DNA of 64,000 nucleotides, from the NCBI GenBank assembly GCA_051453625.1, contig JBOZIK010000001.1, positions 24,194,844-24,258,843 on the forward strand, written 5' to 3'. The DNA is from Welwitschia mirabilis. Taxonomy: Eukaryota. The position numbers and the translations under genes were made by a program. Below, piece after piece: positions 39,580 through 54,082 of the stretch; position 1 is the first letter of the stretch, and each line of letters starts with the position of its first letter. The notes under the pieces were generated by a model, which saw only the letters and a program-made list of their open reading frames with translations, ran no database searches and was not told the origin of the DNA.

Positions 39580-42500
39580 CACAGGATGATGAGATAACCT
39601 CTAGTTTATTTTAAAGACAAAGAAAATTATCAAAATTTAGAGATTTGGTAAAAATATCTACCAGTTGACAATCTGTACTAACAAAATTCATAGTAATATT
39701 TCCTTTTTTTTCAACTTGATCTCTTAAAAAATGATGTCTTAGTTTAATGTGTTTAGTTCTTGAGTGCTAAATAGAATTTTTAGAAATATTTATTATACTA
39801 GTGTTATCATATAAAATAGGAACCTATTAAAAACTTACATCAAATTCATTTAGCATTTTTTTCATCTAAAAAAAAAAAAGCACAAAAACTCCCTAGTGCA
39901 ATATACTTGGCTTCTGTTGTTGAAGGGGAGATCGAATTTTGCTTTTTACTTGACCAACCTACTAAGCACGATCCTAATAGAAAAAAATTACCACTTGTGA
40001 TCTTTCTATCATCCTTACATCTAACCTAATCTACATCACTGAATCCTGTAAGATTAAAAGATGTTTCGGTTAGACAAACCATAATTACATGTGCCTTTTA
40101 CATATTTAATTATTCTTTTTACTACTTGTAAATGTGGTTCTTGTAGTTGGGTTTAGTATCTTGTACATACACCAATACTAAAAATGATATCTGGTCTACT
40201 CCCAGTTAAATATAATAAATTTTTAATCATACTCTTATAAAGTTTCTGATCTACTGATTTTCCATTTTCATCCAAACTAACTTTACAGGATGTTGACATA
40301 GGAATGTTAGTTGATTTAGCATTCTTCAATCTAAAATGTTTAATTAAATCTTTAGAGGATGTTGATGTGGGAATGTTAGTTGATTTAGCATTCTTCAATC
40401 TAAAATGTTTAATTAAATCTTTTGCATATTTAGATTGAGAAACACATATTCCATTTTTTCTTTACCTAATCTGTAATCCAAGAAACATTTTCACTTTACC
40501 AAGTATGCTCATTTCAAAATGTATTGTCATAATTATTGCAAATTCTTTTGATAATCCTTTGTTACAAGCATTAAATATGATATCATCCACATAAACTTGT
40601 ATAATGATAAAATCATTTTTTAAATTCTTGACAAATAAAGTCTTATCTACCATTTCATGAATATAACCATTATCATTTAAAAAAGTGGCTAATTTTTTAT
40701 ACCAAGCTCCTGGAGCTTTCTTTAATCCATATAAACCTTTTTAAGTGTATAAACATGATCAGATTTTTGAGGATTAGTAAAACCTTGTGGTTGCTCTACA
40801 TATACTTCTTTATTTAGAGTTTTATTTAAAAAAGCACTCTTTACATCCATTTGATACATTTTGAAATTTTTAAATGCTGCAAATGATAAAAACATTCTAA
40901 TGCTATCAAACCTTATAACTAGAGCAATGCCTTCTATTTGGTTATAGCCTTGTGCTATTAATCTTGCTTTGTTCTTAGTGATACTATTTTCTTCATCACA
41001 TTTGTTCTTAAATATTTACTTTGTCCTGATGATATTTTTATCTTTTTGTCTTTCTACAAGCTTTCAAATATTATTTCTTTTAAATTTTTGTAATTCATCT
41101 TGCATAGCCATCATCCATTCTTCATGGGATTTAGCTTTTTCAAATTTCTTAGGTTCTATTTAAGAAACATAACAAATTCAAGCACAAAAATTCTACATAG
41201 AACTCCTTGTATTTATCTTTAAGCTAACTGCTCTAATAATAGACCCTAAAGGATGATCTTTTAGCTCTCTAAAATTTTTAGTTATGACTTCTTTTATAGG
41301 AGTTTTTTTCATTTTTAGTGGATACTACATTAATTGTAGGGGTTCTTAGAGATATGTCTTTATCATCACTTGAACAAATAGGCCTTATGCCAACATCATC
41401 AATTTGCACATTTATTGATTCTCCTATAGTTAAACTTCTTTTGTTGAAAACACGATAAGCTCTACTACTAATTGAATATCATAAAAATATAACTTCATCG
41501 GCTTTAGGCTCAAATTTACTTAGATGTTCTCTATCTTTTAGCACATAACATTTACTTCCAAATACTTAAAATAAGAAACATTAGATTATCTTCCTTTCCA
41601 TAACTCATATGGCATTTTATCTATACCAGTCTAAGATAAACTTTGTTAATAATATAATATGCAATGCTAACAACCTCAGCCCCAGATAACTTTGGAACCT
41701 CCTTGTTATTTAACATAGTTCTTACCATTTCTTGGAGGATTCTATTCTTTCTTTTAACTATACCATTTTGTTGTAGTATTTTAGAGGTTAAAAATTAATG
41801 ATCGATTCCATTGTCAATGCAATACTTTTGAAATACATGATTTTCGAATTCACCACCATGATCACTTCTTATTTTCTTTATAGTATACCCTTTTCCATTT
41901 TGAATTTTTTTGTATATTTCAACCCAATATTTGTAAGTTTTAGATTTATTTGAAATAAATGCAACCCATGTATATCTAGAGAAATCATTAACCATAGTAA
42001 GAAAATATCATTTACCACTTAAACTTTAAGTTTGAGTAGGATCGACCAAGTCCATATGAATGAGTTCTAATGGCATAGTTGTGAAAACCTAGTTTTTAGT
42101 CTTATATGAAGATCTGATCTATTTTTCCTTTTGGCATGCATTACATAAACCATGTTTTTTAATGTTTATTTTTGGAATACCTTTAAAAAATTCTTTACGA
42201 ATAATCATTTCCAATTGATTATAATTAACATGACCTAAATGTTTATGCTAAAGCTCTAGTTAAGTAATATGAAAAAAATAACAAGGAGAAAATTATTGAT
42301 CTATGCTATAAACATTATCTATTCTATTTGCTTCAAGAATAAAATCACTAATTTTCTAATGCAAAATTTCACATTTAGACCTATCAAAAATGACTTTATA
42401 ACCTTCTTCATAAATTTAACTAATACTAAGTAAATTATGTTTTAAACCATTGACATATAAAACTTCATTTATTCTAGGTAAGTTACCTCCACCAATGCTT

Positions 42501-44288
42501 TTAATACCTTTGATTTTTACTCTTCCATTGTTATCAAAAATAACTTATCCTCCATCAAAGTCACTTAATTGTTTGAATTTGTATTTATCTCTCATCATAT
42601 GTCATAAGCATCTAGTGTCCAAATATCAATGAATGCCATTTGAAATCTTAAAAGCTATTTGAATTAAAAAACTTTTTAAGTCATTAGATTTCATCCACTT
42701 AGTCCATTCAGATTGATGTGGTATACCTCCTTTTGGAATAAATATAAGTGAAAAGAAACTAACTAAATTTGAAAATAACATTAATTTTCTAACATTTCAA
42801 AATAACTTTGAATGATCTATTACGGAAATGATAAGTAACTTTAGAAATCAAATTATTTTTCTAAGTTACCTAATTTTGTTAACTTTGTAGTTTTTAGGGG
42901 ATGAAGCCAATACCTGATGTATCATAAGCCAGTTTCTGAATTCAAAGCATCTGTTCTAATTTAGATGAACCACTAGAAAATTTACTAACAAAATGAGATA
43001 AATCTGTTACCTCTAAAATGAGGTTGGAATTTTTAGATTTAATCTTTTTGTACTTCGATTCCATTTCCTCCTTTTATTTGGTGAGAGATTTTATAATATT
43101 GTTTAGATCATTTATGTGCCTTATCAACCTTTTTCATTTCAAGTATAGTTCATGATAAGTATTTTCTAGCTCATCTTCTTATTCCTTCATCACATCCAAA
43201 TGATCAGGTTCTAATGTGCTAGGCAAGTTCTATAATGGAGGCATAATTGCCATGAAGGAGAGTCTTCTATCTCCATTTGAATCTTAACCTGAACTACAAT
43301 CATCATTCTCATCCACATTATTCCCAGTTGTAGTGATTTAAAATGTCCTTGATTTTTTGTATTCTCTTTCATTGTTCAGGCACTCATTTGCTATGTATCC
43401 AAAGCCTTTGCATGCATAGCATTAGGTTTCTTTCCATGTGTCTTAATTCTTCTTGTACTTTGAGTGTCCCCTTCTTGTACCTCTACTTGGATTACCTTCC
43501 TTCTTCCTTTTATGCAAGAATTTCTTAAATCTTCTTGCTAGGAGAACAACTTCATCATCATCTAAGTCTTCATCTAATTTCTCTAACTTGTACTCTTCCT
43601 GTACACACTTTAAAACAATACCTTTCTTCTTATTTTTACAAAATTTTAATTCATTTGTTTTCAAATTACTCTAGAGCTCTCCTAGTACCATTATGATATT
43701 GTTGCTTTCTTCGATCACTGTGACTTTTGATTTAAATCTCTTTGGAATGGATCTTAGCATTTTTCAGATCACTTTTGCTTCATCTAATCTTTCATATAGA
43801 CTTGCTATGGAATTGATGATGTTGATAAGTTTGGCAAAGAACTCCTATAAAGTCTCCTCCTCATTCACATGAATGTCTTTAAATTTTGAGATAAGAATTT
43901 AGAGTTTGACTTACTGAACTGTGGATGTCTCTTCATGTATCACTTTAAGGATATCCTATGCCTTCTTTGCATGTTCACAATTTACAATCCATTTAAATTT
44001 TTCTATATAAACTACACAAAATATAGCATTAAGAGCACTGATATCTATAATAGCTTTGGATCTATCACTAGCAGTCCGTTTGGTATCAGGCTTTTGGAAG
44101 TAAAATGATATTATCATTGACATTGGTTTTCGCTAAAGTAGGCACCGTATATCCATTATAAATAATCTCTTCAATGTCCACATCTAGGGATCAAAGGAAG
44201 ACTCTCATTCATGCTTTCCAATAAGCATAATTTGATCCATCAAACATAGGTGGACAACCAGTGAAAAACCATTAGTAGGATTACTCAT
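39580..44288 (-). pseudogene. Copia gag-pol pseudogene (gag, CCHC, protease, integrase, RT, RNaseH)
   Basis: MSNPTNGFS..PPMFDGSNYAYWK start; integrase NDFSRYTWV..IRSDHGGEFEN (ORF 41795-41995); RT IIIQVYVDDIIF (ORF 40462-40653); LLYLTGSRPDI (ORF 40153-40398). Confidence 0.92.
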
Positions 44289-44348
44289 TTTGGGTTCTAG
44301 AATCTAGAACTGTTAAACTATTGAACTCAATGTAGCTCTGATACCAAT

Positions 44349-45736
44349 TGTGGGATCGAGAATCCTAGAGGGGGGTGAATAGGATTCTAAAAATTTATTC
44401 AAGAATCTTCAAAATAAAAAATAATTTACTTAAAAAAGAATCACTGGAAACTTGTGCATGAAAACTAAATATTCTGAAAAATGAAAGCAATAGAAAGCAC
44501 GAAAATATCAATCAGTACATAAGTTTTATAGTGGTTTGGAAAAACCCCCTACTCTACTCTCAGTGATAAACTTTTCACCAATCTTAATTTGGATCTCTGT
44601 TAATCTCTTTTAGGTATTGTAGATTCACCTATAACCTTTACAAATAGACTTTTTCTTAAGGCTCAATTTTAATCTTTTGCAAAAAAGCATAGTAGTAATG
44701 AGAGTATGTCTCGATTCATAGGTATCACTTGATATTTAGCTCAATGAAAGTAATGAAGCACTTATCTTGAAGATGATATAAACTAGAAACAAAGGAGTGT
44801 TATGGATCTGATCTCATATGCAAAGATACCATAGATCTTTATTTTTCTTTAGTTAGAAATGCAATGCCGAAAGGGTACATTGATAAATCCATAAGATTCA
44901 AAAGTTTGGTAAAAGGTATGATAGTGATTTGACTCTTAGCTATATATAGTGGAAGACTTTTATGATTTTTACAAGTGAAAAAGCTCTTCTAATAGCCATA
45001 AAATGGATACATAATAGCTATAAAATTTGCATTCTATCACAGTCAGTTGACCCCTCATATGTCTGATAGATCCCTCCTAGTGCCATCACTTAAATAGGTC
45101 ACCCTTTTGTTCTTTTCGGTTCACCCAATTTCTTATAGCTCCATGTTTAATCGATCCTTCAAGATCTGGTCAACTGCTTATCTGGTCATCCACATATCTA
45201 TTCGATTGCCTGCTTGATCCTAAAAAAAATCCATTAGTTTTCCTATTTTAAATCTAGTTGATCCCTTAAGAATCCAGTTAGCTCCTTGTTGATTAACTGT
45301 GAAGTATTAATGCCTAGTTCTTAGATCTGGTCGATTCCTCAGATATCCAGTTGACCCCTTAACGATTGGCTAGAAAGTACTGGGTTCATAGTGCTTAGGT
45401 TTGGTTGACCCCTTAAATGTCCAATCAACCCCTTAACAATCAGTTCAAAAGTATTAGTGCATAAGTTCATAGGTCCAGTCGGTCCCTTAAATGTCTGGTC
45501 AACCCCTATAAATTTGGTTTATTTCTAAGTGTTCACTTCAGATGCATCGACCCCTTAGAAGTCTGGTCAACTCCTTAAGAGGATTATAAAACTTAATAGT
45601 TTTCAGGATCAAAATGTATTAAACATTGCTTTAGGTCTTGACCTATAAGCGATCCATGTTTTCTGCATAAGATATAATAAATTTCACTACACAAAAAACA
45701 TTAATTTGACATCAATTAACAAATAATAATTCAATA
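44349..45736 (-). repeat. 5' LTR of the minus-strand SIRE-like element
   Basis: Adjacent to the PBS; carries a GGTCGACC-derived motif array (~45040-45575). Confidence 0.9.
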
Positions 45737-45741
45737 CTTTC

Positions 45742-46207
45742 TGTATAAATCTTAAACCTAGTTACAATAATCTATAAGATCTAGTCCACCCATATTTTTG
45801 AAAGATAATATATACTCTAGCATACTCTAGTAAAATGTCAATAGCCTTTAATAAGAAGCACAAATAAGCCAAGATCTTATACATGGAACCTTCTCCTCAA
45901 GTTCCCAATAAAGGGCTTCTATCAAGCTCCCAAATCTAATGTCTTCCACTTCTTCCTTCTTAACTCCAACTTCCATTGCATACCCACATATTACCACATC
46001 CTTTATTTATAAGGATTTAAGAGGAATATTAACATGAAGGAATCCTCTAATATTAGCCTCTTACAGTTTTTATCATGAATATCTTGTAATCATAACATAT
46101 TCCATATATCTAGATTCCTTCTAAGCATAACATGTTTCTTATAGCTAGATTTCCTCTCAATATAATATATTCCTTCCTCTAAACATGCTAATTTAAAAGA
46201 TTATACA
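45742..46207 (-). mobile_element. Possible 466-bp solo LTR
   Basis: 7-bp inverted termini tgtataa/ttataca. Minus-strand ccttataaataa TATA at ~46003-46014. Repeated atattcc/tagattcc units. No clean TSD. Confidence 0.4.
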
Positions 46208-46686
46208 TAGTTCTTGCATGAAAATTACACTTGATGGATTTTAGCAAATAGATTCCTAACTAAGACACATTCTTTACTTTTATTTTCTAAGAATGCTTTT
46301 GTATCAATCATATATGTAATTATTTTAAATAAGAAAATCTTGGGAATGGATGAATGAAATTACAAACCATTATTAATTGAACAAAATTTATCCTTAAAAG
46401 TCATCTAAGATAATACTTATAAAGCTTCCAAGGAATTGGAAAAAAAACATCCAATTGATCTTCTAGAAATTCTGACATATTAAAATATCTTTTAAAAATT
46501 CATGGAATACTAAGCAATGTAGAAGTTAACTTCTCTTATAAAAGGCATTAACTATTAGATTCATTTAAAGAAAAAAGATCAAATTCCATAACTTAAAAAA
46601 AAAAAAAAGTAAAGGTAGTCTAGGCTTCCCATTATTGATAACTTCATTATATGATTAAAGATATTTCTTTCACCTCAGATGAATAC

Positions 46687-47978
46687 TATTAGGTTATTAT
46701 TTGTCAATTGATGTCAAACTAATATTTTATGTATAGTAAAACATGTTTGTATCTTATTCAGAATATATTAATCATTGCAGGTCAGAAGCTGAAATAATTT
46801 GTCACATTTTGATCATGAACCTATCAAGCTTTGATACCCTCTTGAGGGGTCGACTGTATATATGAGGGGTTGACTGGACCTAAGCACTATGCATTTGATA
46901 CTTCTTAGTTGATCGTCAAGGGATAAACTAACCATCTAAGGGGTCGACCAGATCTGAGCACTGAGGATTAATATTTTACAGCTGATTATCAAGGGATTGA
47001 TTAGATTCTTAAGGAATTAACTAGATTTAGAGTAGCATTCACCATTTATCAGCAAGGGATCGATTGAACTTTTATGAAATTGATTGGACCTAGAGCAAAA
47101 AACTATGTTGGATTTTTTCTAGACCGAGGAAGTAATTGGATAAAAATGCGGGCAACTAGATGAGTAGTCGACTGGACCCCAAGAAGTTGACTAGACATGG
47201 ATCCATAAGAAACAAGGGTCAACTAAAAGAATTTAAGGCTAATTAATTTAAGTGATGGCACTAGAAAGGGTTGACTAAACTTTTAAGGGGTCAATCAGTC
47301 ATGATGGAAATAGAATTTTTGTAGCTATTATCTCTATATTTTATGTTCATTAGAAGATCTTTTTACTTGTAAAAACCCTAAAAGTCTTCCACTATATTTA
47401 CTAAGAGTCAAAATCACTGTACCAATTTTGAATCTTTTTAAAATCATTCATTGTACTCATTATCATCTCATAGTTAACCAAAGATGAACCAAGAACTATT
47501 GTTATCATTGCATACTTGGTCGAGTCTGTTGCACTTTACACTTTCAGATTGTACCATCTCTTGAAGAAGTGCATCAATACCATTCTTGAGTTAAAGACTG
47601 AATGAAATCTATGCATTTTAGCATACCATTATCACCACTTCACTTCTTGTAAAAGGTTGAGACTGAGCCTTAGAAAAATCCATTTGTAAAAGTTACAAGT
47701 AAACATGGAATACCTAGAAAGAGTTTAATGGAGATTTAGATCAGGCTTGGATAGAAGCTAATCATAGAAAGTGGAGTAGGGGGTTTCCTGAACCACCATA
47801 AATCTTGTGTGCTTCTCATCAGTATTTATGTGCTTTCTGTTCTTTAGTTTTTTAGAATAGTTTCAATTTACTTACATAAGTTTTTTAGTGTTCATTTCAA
47901 GTAAAGCTATTCTTGTGAAGTTATTTAATTAAATTTTTTAGAATCCTATTCACCCCCCCCAAAGTTCTTCATCCTACA
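46687..47978 (+). repeat. 5' LTR of the plus-strand SIRE-like element
   Basis: tatta(tgtta)...cctaca; direct repeat of 55603-56907. Confidence 0.92.
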
Positions 47979-48043
47979 TTTAGTATCAGAGCTTTATTAA
48001 GTTTTTTTAAGATCCCAATAGGTCTAGATTCTAAAATTCAAAA

Positions 48044-51000
48044 ATAAGTAATCCTTCAGATGATTTTTCTATTAGTTGTCCATCCATATTTGATGGATTA
48101 AATTATGCATAGTGGAAAGCCCAAATGAGAATCTTCCTTAGATATTTAGATGCAAACATTCAAGAGGTTATTTACCATGAATATACTATGCCAACTTTTT
48201 CTAAAATTAATGCCCATAGTAATACCATTATAGTTCCAAAAACCTGAGACCAATGGACTCAGACACTCGTGCTCTTAATGTGTAGTTTGTATAAATGAAT
48301 TCAAATGAATTATAAACTATGAACATGCAAAGAAAGCATGGGACATTCTTCAAGTAACACATGAAGGGACATCTACTATCAAATAGACCAAAATCCAAAT
48401 GTTCGTTTCAAATTTAAAGACATTTATATGGATGAGGAGGAGATATTATATGAATTCTTTACTAGACTTACCAACATCATGAATTCCATGGCAAGTCTAG
48501 GTGAAAGAATGGATGAGGTTAAACTAGTTTGAAAGTGCTAAGATCCCTTTTAAAAAGTTTGAGCCAACAGTCAGTGCAATCGAAGAAAGCAAGAATATCA
48601 ACGTGATGGCTCTTGAATAATTACAAGCTAATTTATAAACTTATGAATTAAAATTTTCTAAAGATAGAAAGAAAGGTATTTCTTTGAAATGTGTGCAGGA
48701 AGAGTACAAGTCAAAAAAATTAGAGGACGATCCAGATGATGATGAAGTTACTCTACTAGCAAGAAGATTCAAGAAACTTTTCCATAGAAGAAAGAAGGAA
48801 GGTGAGTCAAGTAGAGGGATAAGAAGATTACACTCAAAGTTTAGAAAAGATCAAGACAAAGGAAAAGAAATCCAATGCTATGCATGTAAAGGCTTTGAAC
48901 ACATGACAAATGAGTGTTCAAAAAATAAGATACAATAAAGAAAATCAAAGACATCTTCATTTGTTACTACATAGGATAATGTAGATGAGAATGATGATAA
49001 TAGTTCAAGCCAAGATTTAAATGGATATTGAAGGCTCTCTTTCATGGTAATTATGCCTCCATTTATGCCCAGCACATCTAAACCTGATGATTTAGATGTT
49101 ATTAAAGAAAATCAAAATAAGCTCGAAGATACATGTCAAGAACTTTACATGGAGTGTGAAAAGTTAGTAAAAAAAATTAATGATCTAAACAAGATTATAA
49201 AATCTCTTATCAAAGAAAAAGAGAAAATGAAAACGAAGTACAAATTGATCAAATTTGAAAATTCTGAGCTTGTATTTGAGGTAGAGAACTTATTACATTT
49301 TATTAATAAATTTTCTAATGACTCAACAAAATTGGAATAGAAGCTTGAAAAATAGAAATCAAGAGGTATTGGTTTCTTACCTTAGAGACCACAACATCAG
49401 TGAAATTAGGTAACTTGACAAAACAAGTTTATTTCTATAGTTATATGTCATTTTTATGGGAAGTCAGATCATTCAAAGTTATCTTGTAATGCTAGAAAAA
49501 TGATGTTATTTTCAAATTCACTTAGTACTTTTCCATTTAAATTTATTCTAAGAGGAGGTGTACCATATTAATCTAAAAGGACTAAGTGGGTGAAAGCTAA
49601 TGATTAAAAAATTCTTTTGATTCAAATAGCTTTTGGATAGTGGTTGCTCTTGACATATGATGGAAGACAAATCTAGATTCAAATAGTTAAGTAACTTTGA
49701 TGGAAGAAAAGTTACTTTTGGTGATAATGGAAGAGCCAAAATCAAAGGAATCAGAAGCATTGTGGAGTTAAATTACCTAAAATAAATGAAGTTTTGTATG
49801 TGAATAGTTTAAAGCATAATTTGCTTAGTATTAGTTAGATTTATGACAAAGGTCATAAGGTTATTTTTTATAGTACTAAATGTGAAGTTAGGCATGAGAA
49901 AGCAAATGATATTATTCTGAAGACAAATAGAATAGATAATGTCTATAACATTGATTAATCATTTTTTGCTTGTTATTTTTTCATGTTAATTAAGAAGAGC
50001 TTTGGAAGAAACATTTAGGTCATGTGAGAATGATTATTNNNNNNNNNNNNNNNNNNNNNNNNNNNNNNNNNNNNNNNNNNNNNNNNNNNNNNNNNNNNNN
50101 NNNNNNNNNNNNNNNNNNNNNNNNNNNNNNNNNNNNNNNNNNNNNNNNNNNNNNNNNNNNNNNNNNNNNNNNNNNNNNNNNNNNNNNNNNNNNNNNNNNN
50201 NNNNNNNNNNNNNNNNNNNNNNNNNNNNNNNNNNNNNNNNNNNNNNNNNNNNNNNNNNNNNNNNNNNNNNNNNNNNNNNNNNNNNNNNNNNNNNNNNNNN
50301 NNNNNNNNNNNNNNNNNNNNNNNNNNNNNNNNNNNNNNNNNNNNNNNNNNNNNNNNNNNNNNNNNNNNNNNNNNNNNNNNNNNNNNNNNNNNNNNNNNNN
50401 NNNNNNNNNNNNNNNNNNNNNNNNNNNNNNNNNNNNNNNNNNNNNNNNNNNNNNNNNNNNNNNNNNNNNNNNNNNNNNNNNNNNNNNNNNNNNNNNNNNN
50501 NNNNNNNNNNNNNNNNNNNNNNNNNNNNNNNNNNNNNNNNNNNNNNNNNNNNNNNNNNNNNNNNNNNNNNNNNNNNNNNNNNNNNNNNNNNNNNNNNNNN
50601 NNNNNNNNNNNNNNNNNNNNNNNNNNNNNNNNNNNNNNATAAATATTGAAAAACATGGTCTTTGTGATGCATGCTAAAAAGGAAAACAAATAAGAACATC
50701 ACACAAAAGTAAAAACTAAGTTTCCACAATCATGCCTTCAGAACTTATTCATATAGGCTTTGTGAGACCAACTCAAACTCAAAGTTTATGAGGTAAACAA
50801 TATTTTCTAATCATGGTTGATAATTTCTCAAAATACACATGGGTTGCATTTTTTTAAACAAATCTAAAACATATAAACATTAGGTTGAAATATGCAATAA
50901 AATTCAAAATGAGAAAGAATATACCATAAAGAAAATAAGAACTAATCATGGTGGTGAGCTTAAAAATCATTTATTTGAGAAATATTACATTGACAATGGC

Positions 51001-53781
51001 ATTGATCACCAATTCTTAGCCCCTATAACACCTCAATAAAATGGTATTACTAAGATAAAGAATAGAGTCCTTCAAGAAATGGCAAGAACTATGTTAAATA
51101 ACAAGGAGGTTCCAAAATCTTTTTGGGCTAAAGCTATTAGCATTGCATGTTATATCATAAATAGATTTTAAATTAGACCGAGAATGGATAAAGCTCCTTA
51201 TGAGTTATGGAAAGAAAGACAACCAAATGTTTCTTGTTTTAAAGTCTTTGGGATTAATGTTATGTGTTAAAAAATAGAGAACATCTAAAAAAATTTGAGT
51301 TTAAGGTTGATGAAGTAATATTTTCAGGATATTCAACTAGAAGTAGAGCTTATCATGTCTTCAACAAGAGAATCTTAACTATGGAAGAATAAATAAATGC
51401 GCAAATAGATGATGTTGGCACAAGACCTATTTATTCAAATGACAAGTAAGACATATCTCCAAGCACCCCCATAACAAAAGAAATATCTAGAGAAAAAGAA
51501 GAAGAATTTCCTACAAAAGAAGTCACTACTAAAAAGTTTAAAGAGCTAAAAGATCATTCTTTAGGGTCTATTATTAGAGAAGTTAGCTCAAAGATAAAGN
51601 NNNNNNNNNNNNNNNNNNNNNNNNNNNNNNNNNNNNNNNNNNNNNNNNNNNNNNNNNNNNNNNNNNNNNNNNNNNNNNNNNNNNNNNNNNNNNNNNNNNN
51701 NNNNNNNNNNNNNNNNNNNNNNNNNNNNNNNNNNNNNNNNNNNNNNNNNNNNNNNNNNNNNNNNNNNNNNNNNNNNNNNNNNNNNNNNNNNNNNNNNNNN
51801 NNNNNNNNNNNNNNNNNNNNNNNNNNNNNNNNNNNNNNNNNNNNNNNNNNNNNNNNNNNNNNNNNNNNNNNNNNNNNNNNNNNNNNNNNNNNNNNNNNNN
51901 NNNNNNNNNNNNNNNNNNNNNNNNNNNNNNNNNNNNNNNNNNNNNNNNNNNNNNNNNNNNNNNNNNNNNNNNNNNNNNNNNNNNNNNNNNNNNNNNNNNN
52001 NNNNNNNNNNNNNNNNNNNNNNNNNNNNNNNNNNNNNNNNNNNNNNNNNNNNNNNNNNNNNNNNNNNNNNNNNNNNNNNNNNNNNNNNNNNNNNNNNNNN
52101 NNNNNNNNNNNNNNNNNNNNNNNNNNNNNNNNNNNNNNNNNNNNNNNNNNNNNNNNNNNNNNNNNNNNNNNNNNNNNNNNNNNNNNNNNNNNNNNNNNNN
52201 NNNNNNNNNNNNNNNNNNNNNNNNNNNNNNNNNNNNNNNNNNNNNNNNNNNNNNNNNNNNNNNNNNNNNNNNNAAGTTTGGAGCAAAATCCCATGAAGAA
52301 TGGATGATGTCCATGTAAGATGAGTTATAATAATTTAAAAGAAATGATGTTTGGAAGCTTGTAGAGAGGGAAAAAGACAAAAATTAATTGGGACTAAGTG
52401 TATTTTTAAGAACAAATGTGATGAAGAAAATAATGTCATAAAAAACAAAGCAATATTAGTAGCACAAGGAAACAACCAAATCGAAGGCATTGACATAGGT
52501 GACACGTTTGCTCCAATGGAAAGGCTTAATAGCATTAGAATGTTTTTATCTTTTTGCAGCCTTTAAGAATATCAAAGTGTAACAAATGGATGTAAAAAGT
52601 GCCTTTTTAAATGGACCTTAAATGAAGAAGTGTATGTAGAACAAGTGCAAGGGTTTGTAGATCCTCATAAATCTAATCATATTTATAGATGTAAGGAGGA
52701 TTTATATGGATTAAAACAAGCTCGAAGAGCTTAGTATGAAAAATTAGTGATATTTCTAAGCGAAAATGGTTATATTCATAGAATAGTAGATAAAACTTTA
52801 TTTATTAAGAACTTGAAAAAGGATTTTATTATTATACAAATTTGTGTAGATGATATCATATTTGGTACCTCTAGCGAAGTTTTATTAAAGAATTTGAAAA
52901 GATCTTGACAACACATTTTGAGATAAGCATGTTTGGTGAAGTGAAAATGTTTCTTGGATTTTAGATTAAACAAATAAAGAATGGAGTTTTATGTCATGAT
53001 CTACGTATGCATATTTGACAAAACATTTTGGATTAGAGAATGCTAAAAAAACTGACACACCTATGTCAACTTATTATAAAGCAAGTATAGGTGATGATGG
53101 AAAATCAGTAGATCAGAAGCTTTATAAGAGTATGATTAGAAGTTTGTTATATTTGACTATAAGTAAACCTAATATTATGTTTAGTATTGGTGTGTGTGTA
53201 AGATACCAAACCTAAATGAAAAATCACATCTACAAATAGTGAAAAGAATAATTAGATATATAAAGAACACATGTGATTATGGTTTGTGGTACCCAATCGA
53301 GACATATTTTGATCTTGCAGGATTTAGTGATGCAGAATGGACTGGGTGTAAAGACAATAGAAAAAGCACAAGTAGTAATTGTTTTCTATTAGGATCATGC
53401 TTAGTAGAATGGACTAGTAAAAAGAAAAGTTAATCTCCTTTTCAATAATAAAAGCTGAATATATTGCAGCAGGAATTTGTTGTGCTCATTTTCTTTGGAT
53501 GAAGGAAATGCTAAGGGACTTTAGTGTAATTTTTGAATAGGTTCCTATTTTCTGTGATAACACTATTATAATAAATATTTCTAAAAATCCTGTTTAGCAT
53601 TCCATAACTAAACACATTAAACTAAGATATCATTTTTTAAGAGATCGAGTTGAAAAAGAAATATTTCTATGAATTTTATGAGTACAGATTATCAACTTGC
53701 TGATATCTTTACCAAACCTCTAAATTGTGATAATTTTCTTCGTCTTCGAAATGAATTTGGAGTTATTTCTCTATCCTTTAG
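48044..53781 (+). pseudogene. Copia gag-pol pseudogene (two N gaps inside)
   Basis: CPSIFDGLNYA*WK; zinc knuckle QCYACKGFEHMTNEC (ORF 48684-48938); LDSGCS*HM (~49632); integrase IRTNHGGE; RT QMDVKSAFLNG and CVDDII; RNaseH GFSDAEWTGCKDNRKSTS (ORF 53194-53433) and QLADIFTKPL. Confidence 0.92.
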
Positions 53782-54082
53782 GTGATTGCTGGGAGATCAA
53801 TTGACCAGACTAAAAACCCGGTCACTGGGACCTTAAGAGTACTATGGCCCTCATCTTGATGGGTTGATTGGACCTCAAACTGATTGACTAGATCTGTAGG
53901 ATTACAGTGTGGTAGAACTATCGGTGGACACAAGCTCTTTATCAAAATCCACCTAATCGACCTTCTTTGTAAAAGTGAGTGAATTCCAAACCCCTTTCAT
54001 TATCTTCTAGCCACATGTCTCCTTCATATTTAGTGTCTCTTTCAGATTTTTCTTATCTCCAGGCTCCTGACATATGGTTGTA

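Larger units (their letters stand above)
36216..45736 (-). mobile_element. Full-length degenerate SIRE/Sirevirus-like Copia element
   Basis: LTRs at 36216-37705 and 44349-45736. Perfect PBS TGGTATCAGAGC on the minus strand (44335-44346). Multiple PPT-like tracts (~37708, ~37770, ~38110). TSD atttc/ctttc. gag-pol plus an extra ORF. Confidence 0.93.

Noticed and set aside
50002..52380. Long 215-265 aa ORFs in the ORF track (also 32625-32861 and 37179-37376)
   Set aside because: They are runs of N translated as X, i.e. assembly gaps, not genes.
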